From NCBI GenBank assembly GCA_035651755.1, contig DASRFA010000056.1, positions 417,846 through 481,845 on the forward strand: 64,000 nt of DNA, read 5' to 3'. The DNA comes from Candidatus Binatia bacterium (lineage in GTDB: Bacteria; Desulfobacterota; Binatia; UBA12015). A model generated the notes under the pieces. The model was not told the DNA's origin. It saw only the letters and a list, made by a program, of their open reading frames with translations, and ran no database searches. The position numbers and the translations under genes were made by a program. Of this stretch, positions 36,872 through 46,805 are shown piece after piece; position 1 is the stretch's first letter; each line of letters begins with the position of its first letter.

Positions 36872-37873
36872 ATGCGTGCAGCGTTCGCGCTGGTGCTCGC
36901 CGTCTCCGTCGCGGCGGCATCACCGGCGGCCGCGTCGGCGCTCGGCCAGTCGTGCCAGGCTCGCAAGCTGGCGGCGGCCGGGCGGGCGGTTCGCGACGTT
37001 CTCCGCTGCTCGGTGGCGTCGCTCTCCCCGCCCGAGTGCTACCAGGGCGCTGTCCGTCGGCTCCGGAAGACGTTCCGCCGGAACGAGAACGCGTACGCCT
37101 GCGAGACGACCGGCGATGCCGCCACGCTCCGGGAACGGGTCGACACCTACGCTCTGACGGAGCGAACGTCCCTCGGTCCCCACACGGAGTGCTACCGCGC
37201 CCGGCTGCTCGCCATCGGAGACCGGTTCTTCCGTGCGGCGCGGGCAAGGGCCGTCTACGCGGTCGACTCGGACGACGCGCGCCTCGCGGCCCGCATCGCT
37301 CGCGCCGACGAGGCCTACTTCGCGGCCTTCGCCGCCGCCGAGGGACTGCCCGGGTGCACGGCCTGGGTCACGGCGGCCTTCCAGAGGGAGTTCGTCGACG
37401 TCTGGGTCGACGATTTTCGGCGACGGCTCTTCCCGGCGTGCGGCGACGACACCCGCACGGCGACCGAGGAGTGCGACGGGCGCGAGAGCGACGCCTGTCC
37501 GGGCAAATGCACGACCTCGTGCACGTGTCCCGTCTGCGGGAACGGCGTCAAGGAGCCGGGCGAGCAGTGCGACGGAGCCGCCGACGAATTCTGCCCCGGC
37601 GCATGCGCCAGCGACTGCACCTGCCCCGGGCCGGTGTGCGGCGACGGGGTCGTGTCGGGCACCGAGCAGTGCGACCTCGGCGAGGCCGAGTACTGCGCGG
37701 AGGGCGCGACGGTCTGCGCCGGCGTGAGCGGACCGCTCGCCTGCCGGTGCTGCATCCCCGCCGGCACTTCGTGGCTCCGCCCCCCGATCCCGATCACGCT
37801 TCCGTGCTGCGACACGGGCTTCGACTGCCAGGTCGTCGGCCCCAACGAGTGCTTCTGCCCGGCGCCGCACTGA
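36872..37873 (+). CDS. secreted cysteine-rich protein with Myxococcus cysteine-rich (DUF4215-like) repeats
   Basis: The signal peptide is MRAAFALVLAVSVAAASPAAASA. The C-terminal repeats are CGNGVKEPGEQCDGAADEFCPGAC and CGDGVVSGTEQCDLGEAEYC. The RBS is GAGGAGCG. Confidence 0.7.
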   Translation: MRAAFALVLAVSVAAASPAAASALGQSCQARKLAAAGRAVRDVLRCSVASLSPPECYQGAVRRLRKTFRRNENAYACETTGDAATLRERVDTYALTERTSLGPHTECYRARLLAIGDRFFRAARARAVYAVDSDDARLAARIARADEAYFAAFAAAEGLPGCTAWVTAAFQREFVDVWVDDFRRRLFPACGDDTRTATEECDGRESDACPGKCTTSCTCPVCGNGVKEPGEQCDGAADEFCPGACASDCTCPGPVCGDGVVSGTEQCDLGEAEYCAEGATVCAGVSGPLACRCCIPAGTSWLRPPIPITLPCCDTGFDCQVVGPNECFCPAPH

Positions 37874-37936
37874 GCGATCGCGCGCAGCGCGGAGCTTCCT
37901 CGCCGCGTCCCCGCGCGCGGCCAGCCGACCGCGACA

Positions 37937-40255
37937 TCACCACAGCCGGAGCTGCCGCGGCGCGCCCGTCGCCTCGTCGAACTCGCGCCCGATCTCCGGG
38001 AGGATCGCGTCGGCGACCGGCCGCAGGACCCGCTCGACGTAGTGCTCGCGGTCGATGCCGGCGGGCAGCGGGCGCCCGGGCAGCACCGGCTCCGGACCCT
38101 CGATCGTCATCACGTAGCGGATCACCGGGCCGGCCGCGGCGCCGGCCTTGCGGGCCGCCTGGACGTGCGGCGGGATCGCGGCCGTGTAGCGGTCGACGGA
38201 GCCCTTGCGGATGCGCTTCGCGTAGACGAGCTCGCGGTCGAGCTCGCCCCGCCGGAGCGCCGCGACCGTCTCGCCGACGAACGGCATCGGGTCCTCCTCG
38301 CCGAAGAGGCGCACGAGGATGCCCTCCTGCAGCCGGCGCGCGATCGCCGGCCAGTCGCGCCGGACCGACTCGAGGCCGACGACGACGAGGCCTCCGTCGA
38401 CCCAGCCGGCGTAGCGCTTCTTGCTGCCGCCGACGCCGCTCCGGACCCGCGGCATGAAGAACCGCTCGAGGACGTGCTCGAGCTCGAGCGTGAGCTTGGG
38501 CTCGACGCGGTAGCGCTCGCGCACGCGCTCGACGATCCGGCGCTCGACGCGCTCCCGCAGCGCCTCGGCCTCCGCGCGCGCCGCCTCGCCCGGCTCCTCC
38601 CGCGACAGCTTGACGAACACCGAATCCGTGTCGCCGTACACGACGGCGAAGCCCTCGTCCTCGAGCGCCTCGCGCGTCCACGCGAGGATCTGCTGCCCGA
38701 AGCCGGTGATCGCGTTGGCGACCGCGGCGTCGAAGAAGCGGCACGCCGGCGATCCCAGGACGCCGAAGAGCGCATTCATCATGATCTTGATCGCCTGGTC
38801 GGCGTGGCGATCGCCGCGCGCCTTCGCGGCCTCGCGGCTCGCCATGAAGCGATCGATCACCCCGGGCAGGATCGCGGCGTCGCGCGCGAAGCGCGCGCCG
38901 TTCGGCGCCTCGATCGCGTCGACGTCCGGGCGGCGTGCGCGGGCGTGCGCGAGCGGGTCGAGCTGGAAGGTCCGGATGAGGCTCGGGTAGAGGCTCTTGA
39001 AGTCGAAGACGGCGACGTTCCGGAACAGGCCCGGCACGGAATCCAGCACGGCGCCACCCTGGACGAGCTCGCTCGGGCGATCCATGTCGACGTTCGGCGC
39101 GACCACGCCGCGCCGCCGGAGCTCCGGCAGATACACGAGGTCGAACGACGCGATGCTGGCGCCGACGCGGTCGAGCTGCATGCCCGTCAGCAAGCTCCGC
39201 TCGATCGTGAGGTCGAGGAGACCTTCGCGGTCGACGATCTCGCGCGCCAGGCGCGCGTCCTCGAGGTTGTAGGCGACGAGCGCTTCCGGGTCCTCGCGGA
39301 AGAGCCGGTTGATCTCGAGCGCGGCGTCGGGGACGTCCGTGTCGAGGAGCTTCCCGCGACCCAGGATGGCGCGCGCCGCGGTGTCGAGGCGGTAGTCCTC
39401 CAGCCGAAGCGCGTCGCGCACGAGCGAGGCCGCGTCGAGCACCATCCGACCCGCGACGTCGGCCCGCCCCTGACGCGTGAACGTCCGGTCCTGCTCGAAG
39501 CGGACGTCGAAGGCGAGGCGCCCGAGGTGGCACGGGATGCCGAGATCGGCGCACCGCCGCGCGACCACGCGGAGGTCGAAGTCGACGACGTTCCACCCGA
39601 GGACGATGTCCGGATCGAGCGCGCGGATGCGCTCTCCCAGGGCGGCGAGGAGGCGCACCTCGTCCGGGTGGCTCTCCGCGCCGGCGACCGGACGGCTCGA
39701 CACGAGGTGAGCCTCCTCGCCCCCGCCGTGGACGATCGCGAACGCGAAGACGCGGCTCGCATCCGGCGTCGTCTCGATGTCGAGCGACGCGACCCGGAGA
39801 TCGGGGCGGCAGTCGGCGGGCGAGAGGCGCGGGTTCCGGAACACGACGAGGCGCGATTCCGACCTCGCGCGCTCCTCCCCGTCGCCCTCGATCGCGATCG
39901 CGGCGCGGATGCCGTGGTCGATCAGGTAGCGGTACGCGAACCGGATGTCGGCCTCGAACGACGGCGCGCCGGCGGCGGCCAGGCGGTCGCGCAGCAGCGG
40001 CACGTCGCGCGGCGTCGCGACCGTCACGCGCGCGACCGGCGCGTCGTCGAGGTCGCGGAGCCCCTGCACGTCGACCGCGACCCCACGCTCGCGCGCAACC
40101 CGGCCCACGTCGCGCGTGCGCACGAAGAAGTAGGGCCGGAAGCGATCGTCCTCGACGAGGAAGGCGGCGCCGTCGGCGAGGCGGCCGAAGAGCTGAACGA
40201 TCGGTCGATCGCGCTCGACCCGGTAGGTCGGCTGCAGGATGAGACCGGTGCGCAT
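37937..40255 (-). CDS. polB: DNA polymerase II (family B) with 3'-5' exonuclease domain
   Basis: ExoI is LDIETT. The PolB motifs are DFKSLYPSLI, KIMMNALFG and YGDTDSVFV. Length is 772 aa. Confidence 0.9.
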   Translation of the reverse strand: MRTGLILQPTYRVERDRPIVQLFGRLADGAAFLVEDDRFRPYFFVRTRDVGRVARERGVAVDVQGLRDLDDAPVARVTVATPRDVPLLRDRLAAAGAPSFEADIRFAYRYLIDHGIRAAIAIEGDGEERARSESRLVVFRNPRLSPADCRPDLRVASLDIETTPDASRVFAFAIVHGGGEEAHLVSSRPVAGAESHPDEVRLLAALGERIRALDPDIVLGWNVVDFDLRVVARRCADLGIPCHLGRLAFDVRFEQDRTFTRQGRADVAGRMVLDAASLVRDALRLEDYRLDTAARAILGRGKLLDTDVPDAALEINRLFREDPEALVAYNLEDARLAREIVDREGLLDLTIERSLLTGMQLDRVGASIASFDLVYLPELRRRGVVAPNVDMDRPSELVQGGAVLDSVPGLFRNVAVFDFKSLYPSLIRTFQLDPLAHARARRPDVDAIEAPNGARFARDAAILPGVIDRFMASREAAKARGDRHADQAIKIMMNALFGVLGSPACRFFDAAVANAITGFGQQILAWTREALEDEGFAVVYGDTDSVFVKLSREEPGEAARAEAEALRERVERRIVERVRERYRVEPKLTLELEHVLERFFMPRVRSGVGGSKKRYAGWVDGGLVVVGLESVRRDWPAIARRLQEGILVRLFGEEDPMPFVGETVAALRRGELDRELVYAKRIRKGSVDRYTAAIPPHVQAARKAGAAAGPVIRYVMTIEGPEPVLPGRPLPAGIDREHYVERVLRPVADAILPEIGREFDEATGAPRQLRLW

Positions 40256-40322
40256 CGCTCGTGAGGCTAACGTCGCACGCCGCGACGCGCGGCGCGACCG
40301 CGACGCGTGCCCGAGCTCCCAG

Positions 40323-40766
40323 CTAGAAGCCCAGCAGCTTCTCCCGGAGGCTCGGCGTCGCCGTCGGCCCGGTGATGGGCGGCGTCTTCTCCACGGTCTC
40401 CACCAGGATGCGCTGCGGGCTGAACGCGAGGTAGCCCGTGATCTTCAGGTACTGGTTCGGAAGCGCGCTCGAGATCTCCTGGAGGAGCTTCGGGTCGCCG
40501 TCGAAGATGAAGTTCGGATGGATCGGCTCGACCTGCTGCAGGATGTCGGCGCCCATCACCGGTCCGACCGACAGAACGATGATGTTGGTCATCGCGAAGG
40601 GCCGGACCGGACCGGTGCCGATCATCACGTCGAGCATCTCCCACGGCCTCACGTCGGGTCCGCCGCCGAGGAAGCCCTCGACGCGGAGCTGGATCGGCCC
40701 CTGGAACGGCCGGATGCCGAGGAGCAGCGGCAGCAGCAGCGTCAAAACAAGCGCGGCGCGACGCAT
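40323..40766 (-). CDS. secreted hypothetical protein
   Basis: The signal peptide MRRAALVLTLLLPLLLG is followed by non-biased composition. Confidence 0.5.
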   Translation of the reverse strand: MRRAALVLTLLLPLLLGIRPFQGPIQLRVEGFLGGGPDVRPWEMLDVMIGTGPVRPFAMTNIIVLSVGPVMGADILQQVEPIHPNFIFDGDPKLLQEISSALPNQYLKITGYLAFSPQRILVETVEKTPPITGPTATPSLREKLLGF

Positions 40767-41227
40767 CCGCGGAGCTTAGCGCGCGGCTCGCGGCGAAGGA
40801 ACGGGAGCGCCGGACGCGCCGCGCGACGGCGGTACGCGCGCGCTCCCCTGCGATCGCGGTCGGCCGGCGAATCCCCCCGTCTCAAGAGCCGATTCCGCTG
40901 CGGCGCGTCATGCGGCGCGCGGCCACCGCGGTGCGCGCCGTCGCCGCGTCAAGCGCCCCGCGTCAAGCTCTCCGACCCCATCCCGTTGCTTGACTCGCAA
41001 AGCTGGATCCGGTACTTGCTCGCTTGGTGCCTCGAAGTTTCACCGCGGGATCCCGGGTCGCCGGGCACCGACGTGGAGGGGAGGACGAAGCTCGCCGCGC
41101 ATGGGGCGCGGCGTACGGGCCGGCCACTGCTGCGCGCTCGTCCGGGCACGCGGCGGAACGCACGATGCGGAGGGCTTCCGGCAAGCGACGTCCAGAGGAG
41201 CGGGTCCCGCAGAAAGCGAGTCGATCG

Positions 41228-41608
41228 ATGCAGAAAGACGAGTCTCAGATCAGCCGTCAAGCTCGTTGGCAGCGCAAGCATCGTGCGATGGGCCTGTGCG
41301 TCCTGTGCAGCCGCCCGGCGTACAAGGGCTGGCGCTGCAAGAAGCATTACGAGCAGCACAAGATCACGATGCGCCTCCGGTACATTCCGAAGGTCCGGGG
41401 CCGCTACAAGGTCGGCGGCGCGAGCGTCGCCGAGGCGACGACCAAGCGCCGTCCCGCGAAGGCGAAGCCGGCCGCCAAGAAGGGCGCCGGGAAGACGACC
41501 GCGCGCAAGACGAGCGCGCGCGCCGGAGCCAAGGCGGCCGCGCGGAAGACGACCGGCCGGAAGACGGCCGCCCGGCGCGGGACCGCGAAGCGCTCCGCGC
41601 GCGCCTGA
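41228..41608 (+). CDS. small basic protein: N-terminal Cys/His cluster plus C-terminal Lys/Ala-rich histone H1-like tail
   Basis: The N-terminal cluster is CVLCSRPAYKGWRCKKH. The tail is PAKAKPAAKKGAGKTTARKT.. repeats. The start at ATG 41228 is uncertain. Confidence 0.45.
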   Translation: MQKDESQISRQARWQRKHRAMGLCVLCSRPAYKGWRCKKHYEQHKITMRLRYIPKVRGRYKVGGASVAEATTKRRPAKAKPAAKKGAGKTTARKTSARAGAKAAARKTTGRKTAARRGTAKRSARA

Positions 41609-41750
41609 TCCCGCATCGAGCGTCCGCGAGGTTCGGAAAGACGAGGGCGACCCGTGAGGGTCGCCCTTCGTCGTTTCGAGGAGTCGCGCCGAAGCGTCGC
41701 GACGGATCCGCGGGCATTGACTGGCCGTGCGCCGGGTTGGACAAAGCGGC

Positions 41751-42785
41751 ATGCCGAAGAACATGCGCGCGGCGTTCGCACGGGAGCCGGGACGGGTCGT
41801 CGTGGAAGAGATCGCGGTGCCGGAGCCGGCACCGGACGAGGTCCTGCTGCAGATCCGGCGCTGCGGCATCTGCGGCTCCGATCTGCACTGGTACCACGGC
41901 GGCATTCCGCTGCCGCACGTGTGCCCCGGACACGAGATCAGCGCGGTCGTGGCCGACGTCGGGAGCGCCGTCCGCCGCGTCAAGCCGGGAGATCGCGTCG
42001 CCGTGGAGGGCATCCGGACCTGCGGCAGGTGCGCGTACTGCGAGACCAGCGACTACGAGCTCTGCCGCAACGTCGGCATGATCGGCATGACGGTGCCCGG
42101 CGGGTTCGCGGAATACCTCGCCACGACGGAGCGCCACCTCTTCGCGATCCCGGGGTCGGTCGACGACGAGGTCGCGCAGCTCACCGAGCCGCTCGCCGTC
42201 TCCGTCCACGCGCTCCGTCTCGCCGGCCTCGAGATGGGGCAGCGCGTCCTCGTGCTCGGGGCCGGGACGATCGGCTTGACGGCGGTCGCAGCCGCGCGCG
42301 CCGGCGGCGCCGGCGAGATCCTGGTGACGGCGCGCCGGCCGCAGCAGAAGGCGGCCGCCCTCGCGCTCGGAGCCGCGCGCGTCTTCGACCCGAACGACGG
42401 CGAGCTCGTGTCCACCTGCTTCGATCGCCCGGTCGACGTCGTCGTCGAGACCGTGGGCGACGCACAGCAGACGCTGGGCGATGCGGTGACCTGCGTCCGG
42501 CCCGGCGGGACGATCGCGATCCTGGGCGTCTTCATGCAGATGCCCCAGCTGAACGCCCTCTTCGTGATGATGAAGGAGGCCCGGATCGTCGGATCGCTCT
42601 GCTACGGCCGGCGCGGCGCCCGGGCCGATTTCGACGTCGCGCTCGACATCCTGGCTCGCGACGGCGAGGCCATGCGCCGCCAGATGATCACCCACCGCTT
42701 CGCGCTCGACGACATCGATGCGGCGTTCCGGGCCGCAAACGACAAGGCCAGCGGCTCGATCAAGGTGAGCATCGCGCCGGCGTGA
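41751..42785 (+). CDS. zinc-binding alcohol dehydrogenase (MDR family, threonine/sorbitol dehydrogenase-like)
   Basis: The catalytic zinc site is CGICGSDLH..GHE. The structural zinc site is C-x2-C-x2-C-x7-C (CGRCAYCETSDYELC). The Rossmann motif is GAGTIG. Confidence 0.85.
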   Translation: MPKNMRAAFAREPGRVVVEEIAVPEPAPDEVLLQIRRCGICGSDLHWYHGGIPLPHVCPGHEISAVVADVGSAVRRVKPGDRVAVEGIRTCGRCAYCETSDYELCRNVGMIGMTVPGGFAEYLATTERHLFAIPGSVDDEVAQLTEPLAVSVHALRLAGLEMGQRVLVLGAGTIGLTAVAAARAGGAGEILVTARRPQQKAAALALGAARVFDPNDGELVSTCFDRPVDVVVETVGDAQQTLGDAVTCVRPGGTIAILGVFMQMPQLNALFVMMKEARIVGSLCYGRRGARADFDVALDILARDGEAMRRQMITHRFALDDIDAAFRAANDKASGSIKVSIAPA

Positions 42786-42828
42786 CTCGCCTGCCCGCCT
42801 CGCCCGTCGCCGGCCGACCCGGTAAGAA

Positions 42829-43653
42829 ATGCCGCACGGCGGCGTCGGTTGTGGAGCGATGGGGCTTTCGCTCGCGACCGCGAATCCCGGCGGCCTCCCC
42901 GCGATCGCCCTCTCCGGCGCCGGGACGGCGCGCCCGTGGAGAACCCGCGTGACGCGTGCGCGCGCCGATGCGGTCGGCGAAGCGGGCCGCGAGGCTCCGG
43001 CGTCCGCCGGCAGCGGCGCGGACCCCGCCGCACCGACCGAAGCGTTCGTCCGCGGCCAGGACTTCATCCGCCGCTGCATCGCCGGCGACCCCGCGACCCG
43101 CGACGAGTTCGTCGCGCAGTACGGCGCGCTCGTCCGCTATGCGGTCGCGGCGGTGCTCCGCGCGCGCGACGCCGCCCTTCTCGCCGAGGAGCTCGAGGAC
43201 CTCACGCAGAGCGTGCTGCTCTCCTTCTTCGATCGCGACTGCCGGCGCCTCAAGATGTACGAGGGCAGGAACCAGGCCTCGTTCGCGACCTTCGTCCGCG
43301 TCTGCGCGACGCGCCAGACGCTCGACCACCTGCGGAGCCTCCGCCGGAAGCCGCCGATCGCCGCGGATTCCGACGCCGACGACGAGAGCCGCGGCCTGGC
43401 GGGCGCGATCGACCCGGCCGCCGGACCCGAGGAGCGAGCCGCGACGGCGCGCGCGCTCGAGCGCCTGCGCGACGCGGTCGCCCGGCTGCCCGCGCGCGAG
43501 CAACTCCTCGTCCGCCTGCACTTCGTCCTCGGGTGCGACGCGTCCGAGGTTGCCTCGGCGATGGGCGTCAGCGAGAACGCCGTGCACGTGCTCAAGTCGC
43601 GCGTCAAAGCCAAGCTCCGGACGCTCGTCGACCTGGAGGACGACCGTGGCTGA
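42829..43653 (+). CDS. ECF/sigma-70 family RNA polymerase sigma factor
   Basis: Region 2 (DEFVAQYGALVRYAV) and region 4 (LPAREQLLVRLHFVLGCDASEVASAMGVSENAVHVLKSR) are present. The N-terminal ~70 aa and the exact start are uncertain. Confidence 0.7.
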   Translation: MPHGGVGCGAMGLSLATANPGGLPAIALSGAGTARPWRTRVTRARADAVGEAGREAPASAGSGADPAAPTEAFVRGQDFIRRCIAGDPATRDEFVAQYGALVRYAVAAVLRARDAALLAEELEDLTQSVLLSFFDRDCRRLKMYEGRNQASFATFVRVCATRQTLDHLRSLRRKPPIAADSDADDESRGLAGAIDPAAGPEERAATARALERLRDAVARLPAREQLLVRLHFVLGCDASEVASAMGVSENAVHVLKSRVKAKLRTLVDLEDDRG

Positions 43654-45490
43654 GGCCGAACGCACGCGCGCTCGGCTTGCCGACGCTCTCGACGCCCTCG
43701 CGCGGGAAACGCCCGCGGACGAGGCGTCGCGCGATCGGCTCGCGCACCCCGACGACGTCGCAATGGCCCTCTACGCCGCCGGCGAGCTCGACGGCGAAGC
43801 GCGCGACCGCTTCGAGAGCCACGTCGCCGCGTGCGCGCGCTGTGCCGGCGACCTCGCGCTCGCGATCCGGATCGATCGCGGCTCGCGGGCGGTGCCCCCG
43901 AGCGCGACGGGCGCGGTCGCGTCCGCGTCCGGAGCGGATCGCGCGGCCGGCGTCCGCCACGACCTCGCCGCCGCGAGCGCGGAGCTGGATCACGCGTCGG
44001 AGCCGGAGCGCGAGACACGCGCTGCGCGCGCCGCGCGACGTCCCGCGCGCACGGAGCGACGCGCCGGCCGCTCGCGCCTCCGCCGCTTCGCGATCGCAGC
44101 CGGCGCGGTGCTGGTGGTCACGGCCGGGGTTCTCGCGATCGGAGCTCGCATGGCGCTCGACCGCCTCGAGCCGATCCTGGTCGCGGAGCTCGGAAGCGCG
44201 CTCCACCGCACGGTGAGCGTGGACGACCTCGGCGTGGCGGTCGCCGGCGGACCGGGCGTGCGGATCGACGGGCTTCGCGTGTCGGACGACCCGCGCTTCG
44301 CCGACGCGAGCTTCGCCGAGGTCGGACGCGCCCGCCTGCGCGTCGATCCTGCGGCGCTCCTCCGCGGAACGCTCGACGGCGCAATCGACGTGGACGACGC
44401 GCTCGTCCGCCTGGTCCGCGGCCGCGACGGAACCTGGAACGTCGAGACGCTCGGCGGCGAGCGCGCGACCGCCGGCCCCGGAGCCGCCGACGCGGTCCGC
44501 GCGCCGCGCGACCGCGCGCGCACCGAGCGCGGCGGCGACGGCAGCGAGCGCCGTGTCCGCATCACGTCGGCGAAGGTCCGGGAGGGCACGCTCGAGATCG
44601 CGGATCGCAGCAGCCCCGGCCGCGACGTCGTCCTCCGCGACGTCGACCTCGACGTGCGAAGCGCGGACCCCGAGCGCGCCGCGGTGATCGCGCTCGGCGG
44701 CCGGCTCGGAGCCGCGAGCGGCGATCGACCCGACGGCGGCAAGGTCGCGATCGCGGGCGAGGTCGGCCCGTTCGTGAGCGGGGAGACCGCGCGCTGGCAC
44801 CTGACCTCCGTCCGCCTCGACCGGGTGCCGGTGACCGACATGCCCGGCGCGCCGGCCTCCGTGCGCGGAGAGCTGAGCTTCGACGGCGCGCTCGACAGCG
44901 CGGGCGACGGGCTCGCGGCCGTCGTCGCGAATGCCGCCGGCGGCGGGCAGCTCGGGCTCTGCTGCGGCGCCCTGGGGGACGGCAACCTGGCGCGCGACCT
45001 CGTCGGCGCGTTGAGCGCGGACGTCGCGACCGGCGGCGGGAGCTCGTTCGGACAGGCGCTGATGGCGGCCGCAAACCGGGAGCCGGCGGTCGCGAGCGCG
45101 CTCGCCGCTCCCGACACCGCATTCGAGAACATCGCGGGCGGAGTGCGCGTCGCTTCGGGAGACCTGTCGTTCCAGGACCTGGCACTCGCGACGAGCCTCT
45201 TCTCGGCGCGCGCGAGCGGCACGCTGTCGCGGGCGGGCGCGGTCGCCGTCGCGGGAACCGCGGACCTCGACCCGCGCTTCGCCGCGCTCGTGGCGGATGC
45301 CGCCCCCGTCCTCCGGCCGCTCGTCGGCCGCGACGGGCGCCTGGCGGTCCCTTTCCGGGCGAGCGGCACGTGGCCGAAGCTGCGGGTGGACGTCGACATG
45401 GCGCGCGCAGTGGCGTCGGCGGTGGGCCTGGACCCGCGAGCGCTCGCGATCGCGTTCGCGCTGCCCCGCTCGGTGCGCTCGGGGGCGTGA
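43646..45490 (+). CDS. anti-sigma factor (zinc-finger N-domain) fused to TM plus AsmA-like periplasmic domain
   Basis: The GTG at 43646 overlaps the sigma stop by 8 nt. The N-terminal motif HVAACARCAGDL is an anti-sigma zinc-finger type. The TM helix is FAIAAGAVLVVTAGVLAI. The remaining ~430 aa resemble AsmA/DUF748 N-terminal regions. Confidence 0.6.
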   Translation: MAEAERTRARLADALDALARETPADEASRDRLAHPDDVAMALYAAGELDGEARDRFESHVAACARCAGDLALAIRIDRGSRAVPPSATGAVASASGADRAAGVRHDLAAASAELDHASEPERETRAARAARRPARTERRAGRSRLRRFAIAAGAVLVVTAGVLAIGARMALDRLEPILVAELGSALHRTVSVDDLGVAVAGGPGVRIDGLRVSDDPRFADASFAEVGRARLRVDPAALLRGTLDGAIDVDDALVRLVRGRDGTWNVETLGGERATAGPGAADAVRAPRDRARTERGGDGSERRVRITSAKVREGTLEIADRSSPGRDVVLRDVDLDVRSADPERAAVIALGGRLGAASGDRPDGGKVAIAGEVGPFVSGETARWHLTSVRLDRVPVTDMPGAPASVRGELSFDGALDSAGDGLAAVVANAAGGGQLGLCCGALGDGNLARDLVGALSADVATGGGSSFGQALMAAANREPAVASALAAPDTAFENIAGGVRVASGDLSFQDLALATSLFSARASGTLSRAGAVAVAGTADLDPRFAALVADAAPVLRPLVGRDGRLAVPFRASGTWPKLRVDVDMARAVASAVGLDPRALAIAFALPRSVRSGA

Positions 45491-45572
45491 TCGCGCCGCT
45501 CGCGCCCTCGACCGCGCGGCGATCGCGGCGAGGCCTTCGTGCGAGCGCCGGGGGCTGCTAAGGGTGCGAGCG

Positions 45573-46805
45573 ATGGCGCGATGCCTCGACGGACATCGCA
45601 TCCTGGACCTCACCGACGAGCGCGGGTTCCTCTGCGGTCGCATGCTCGCCGACCTCGGCGCGGACGTCGTCAAGGTGGAGCCGCCGGGCGGGGATGCCGT
45701 GCGAGGACGGGGCCCGTTCGCGGGTCGCACGCCGGACCCCGAGCGCAGCATCCCGTGGCTCGCGTACAACGCCGGGAAGCGCGGCATCACGCTCGACGTC
45801 ACGCGACCGCGCGGCCGGGAGATCCTCGATCGCCTCTGCGCAAGCGCGGACGCGCTCGTCGAGTCGTACGATCCGGACGCCCTGCGCGACGCTCGCCTCG
45901 ACTACGCGTCGGTCGCCGCCCGGCACCCGCACCTCGTCCTGTGCTCGATCTCGCCTTTCGGGCGGAGCGGCCCGCACGCGGGCTACCGCGGGAGCGACCT
46001 CACCGTAACGGCGATGGGCGGCAACATGGCGCTCACCGGCGACCCCGACCGCGCGCCCCTCCGCTGCACGATGCCGAGCTCGTACTTTCACGGCGGCGCG
46101 GAGGCGGCGACCGGCCTCCTGATCGCGCTCTACGCGCGCGACGCCGTCGGCCGTGGCCAGCACGTCGACGTGTCGCTGCAGGCCGCGATGGTCTCGACCA
46201 TCATGACCGGCGCGAGCCAGTGGTGGCAGCACCGCCGCGACCGCGGGCGGAGTGGCGCCCTCTACGTCGTCGGCAACACGCTCCAGCGCGAGGTCTGGCG
46301 CTGCCGCGACGGCTTCGTGTCGTACGCGCTGCGCGGCGGCCCCGCGCGCATCCCTGGCCTGGTCGCGACCGCGAAGTGGATGGCCGAGGAGGGCATCGAC
46401 GCGCCCGCCTGGAATCGCGACTGGTCGGCCTACAACCACAACAACCTGACGCAGGCCGAGGTGGACGAGCTGTCGCGCCCGCTCCAGGTGCTCTTCGACC
46501 GGAAGACGATGCGCGAGCTCTTCGCGGGTGCGATCGAGCGCGGGCTCATGCTCGCGCCCGTGAACGACGCGCGCGAGATCGCCGCCAGCGAGCAGCTCGC
46601 GGCGCGGAGCTTCTTCGCCGAGATCCGCGACGAGGGCCGCGGCCTTTCGTATTCACTGCCCGCGCGCTTCGCCCGGGCGAGCGACGTCGAGATGGACGTG
46701 CGCGGGCCCGCGCCGCGGCTCGGCGAGCACAACGCCGCCGTCTACGGCGAGATCGGGATCCGCGACGCCGAGCTCGCCGATCTCCGGCGCGAGGGCGTCG
46801 TATGA
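45573..46805 (+). CDS. CoA-transferase family III (CaiB/BaiF-like)
   Basis: The N-terminal motif is ILDLTDERGFLCGRMLADLGADVVKVEPPGG and the protein shows the class III CoA-transferase fold. The ATG is at 45573. Confidence 0.85.
   Translation: MARCLDGHRILDLTDERGFLCGRMLADLGADVVKVEPPGGDAVRGRGPFAGRTPDPERSIPWLAYNAGKRGITLDVTRPRGREILDRLCASADALVESYDPDALRDARLDYASVAARHPHLVLCSISPFGRSGPHAGYRGSDLTVTAMGGNMALTGDPDRAPLRCTMPSSYFHGGAEAATGLLIALYARDAVGRGQHVDVSLQAAMVSTIMTGASQWWQHRRDRGRSGALYVVGNTLQREVWRCRDGFVSYALRGGPARIPGLVATAKWMAEEGIDAPAWNRDWSAYNHNNLTQAEVDELSRPLQVLFDRKTMRELFAGAIERGLMLAPVNDAREIAASEQLAARSFFAEIRDEGRGLSYSLPARFARASDVEMDVRGPAPRLGEHNAAVYGEIGIRDAELADLRREGVV

Noticed and set aside
38042-40264. 740-aa + strand ORF antisense to polB
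   Set aside because: PolB on the minus strand has the full set of exonuclease and polymerase motifs. The + strand ORF is arginine/aspartate-rich with no motifs.
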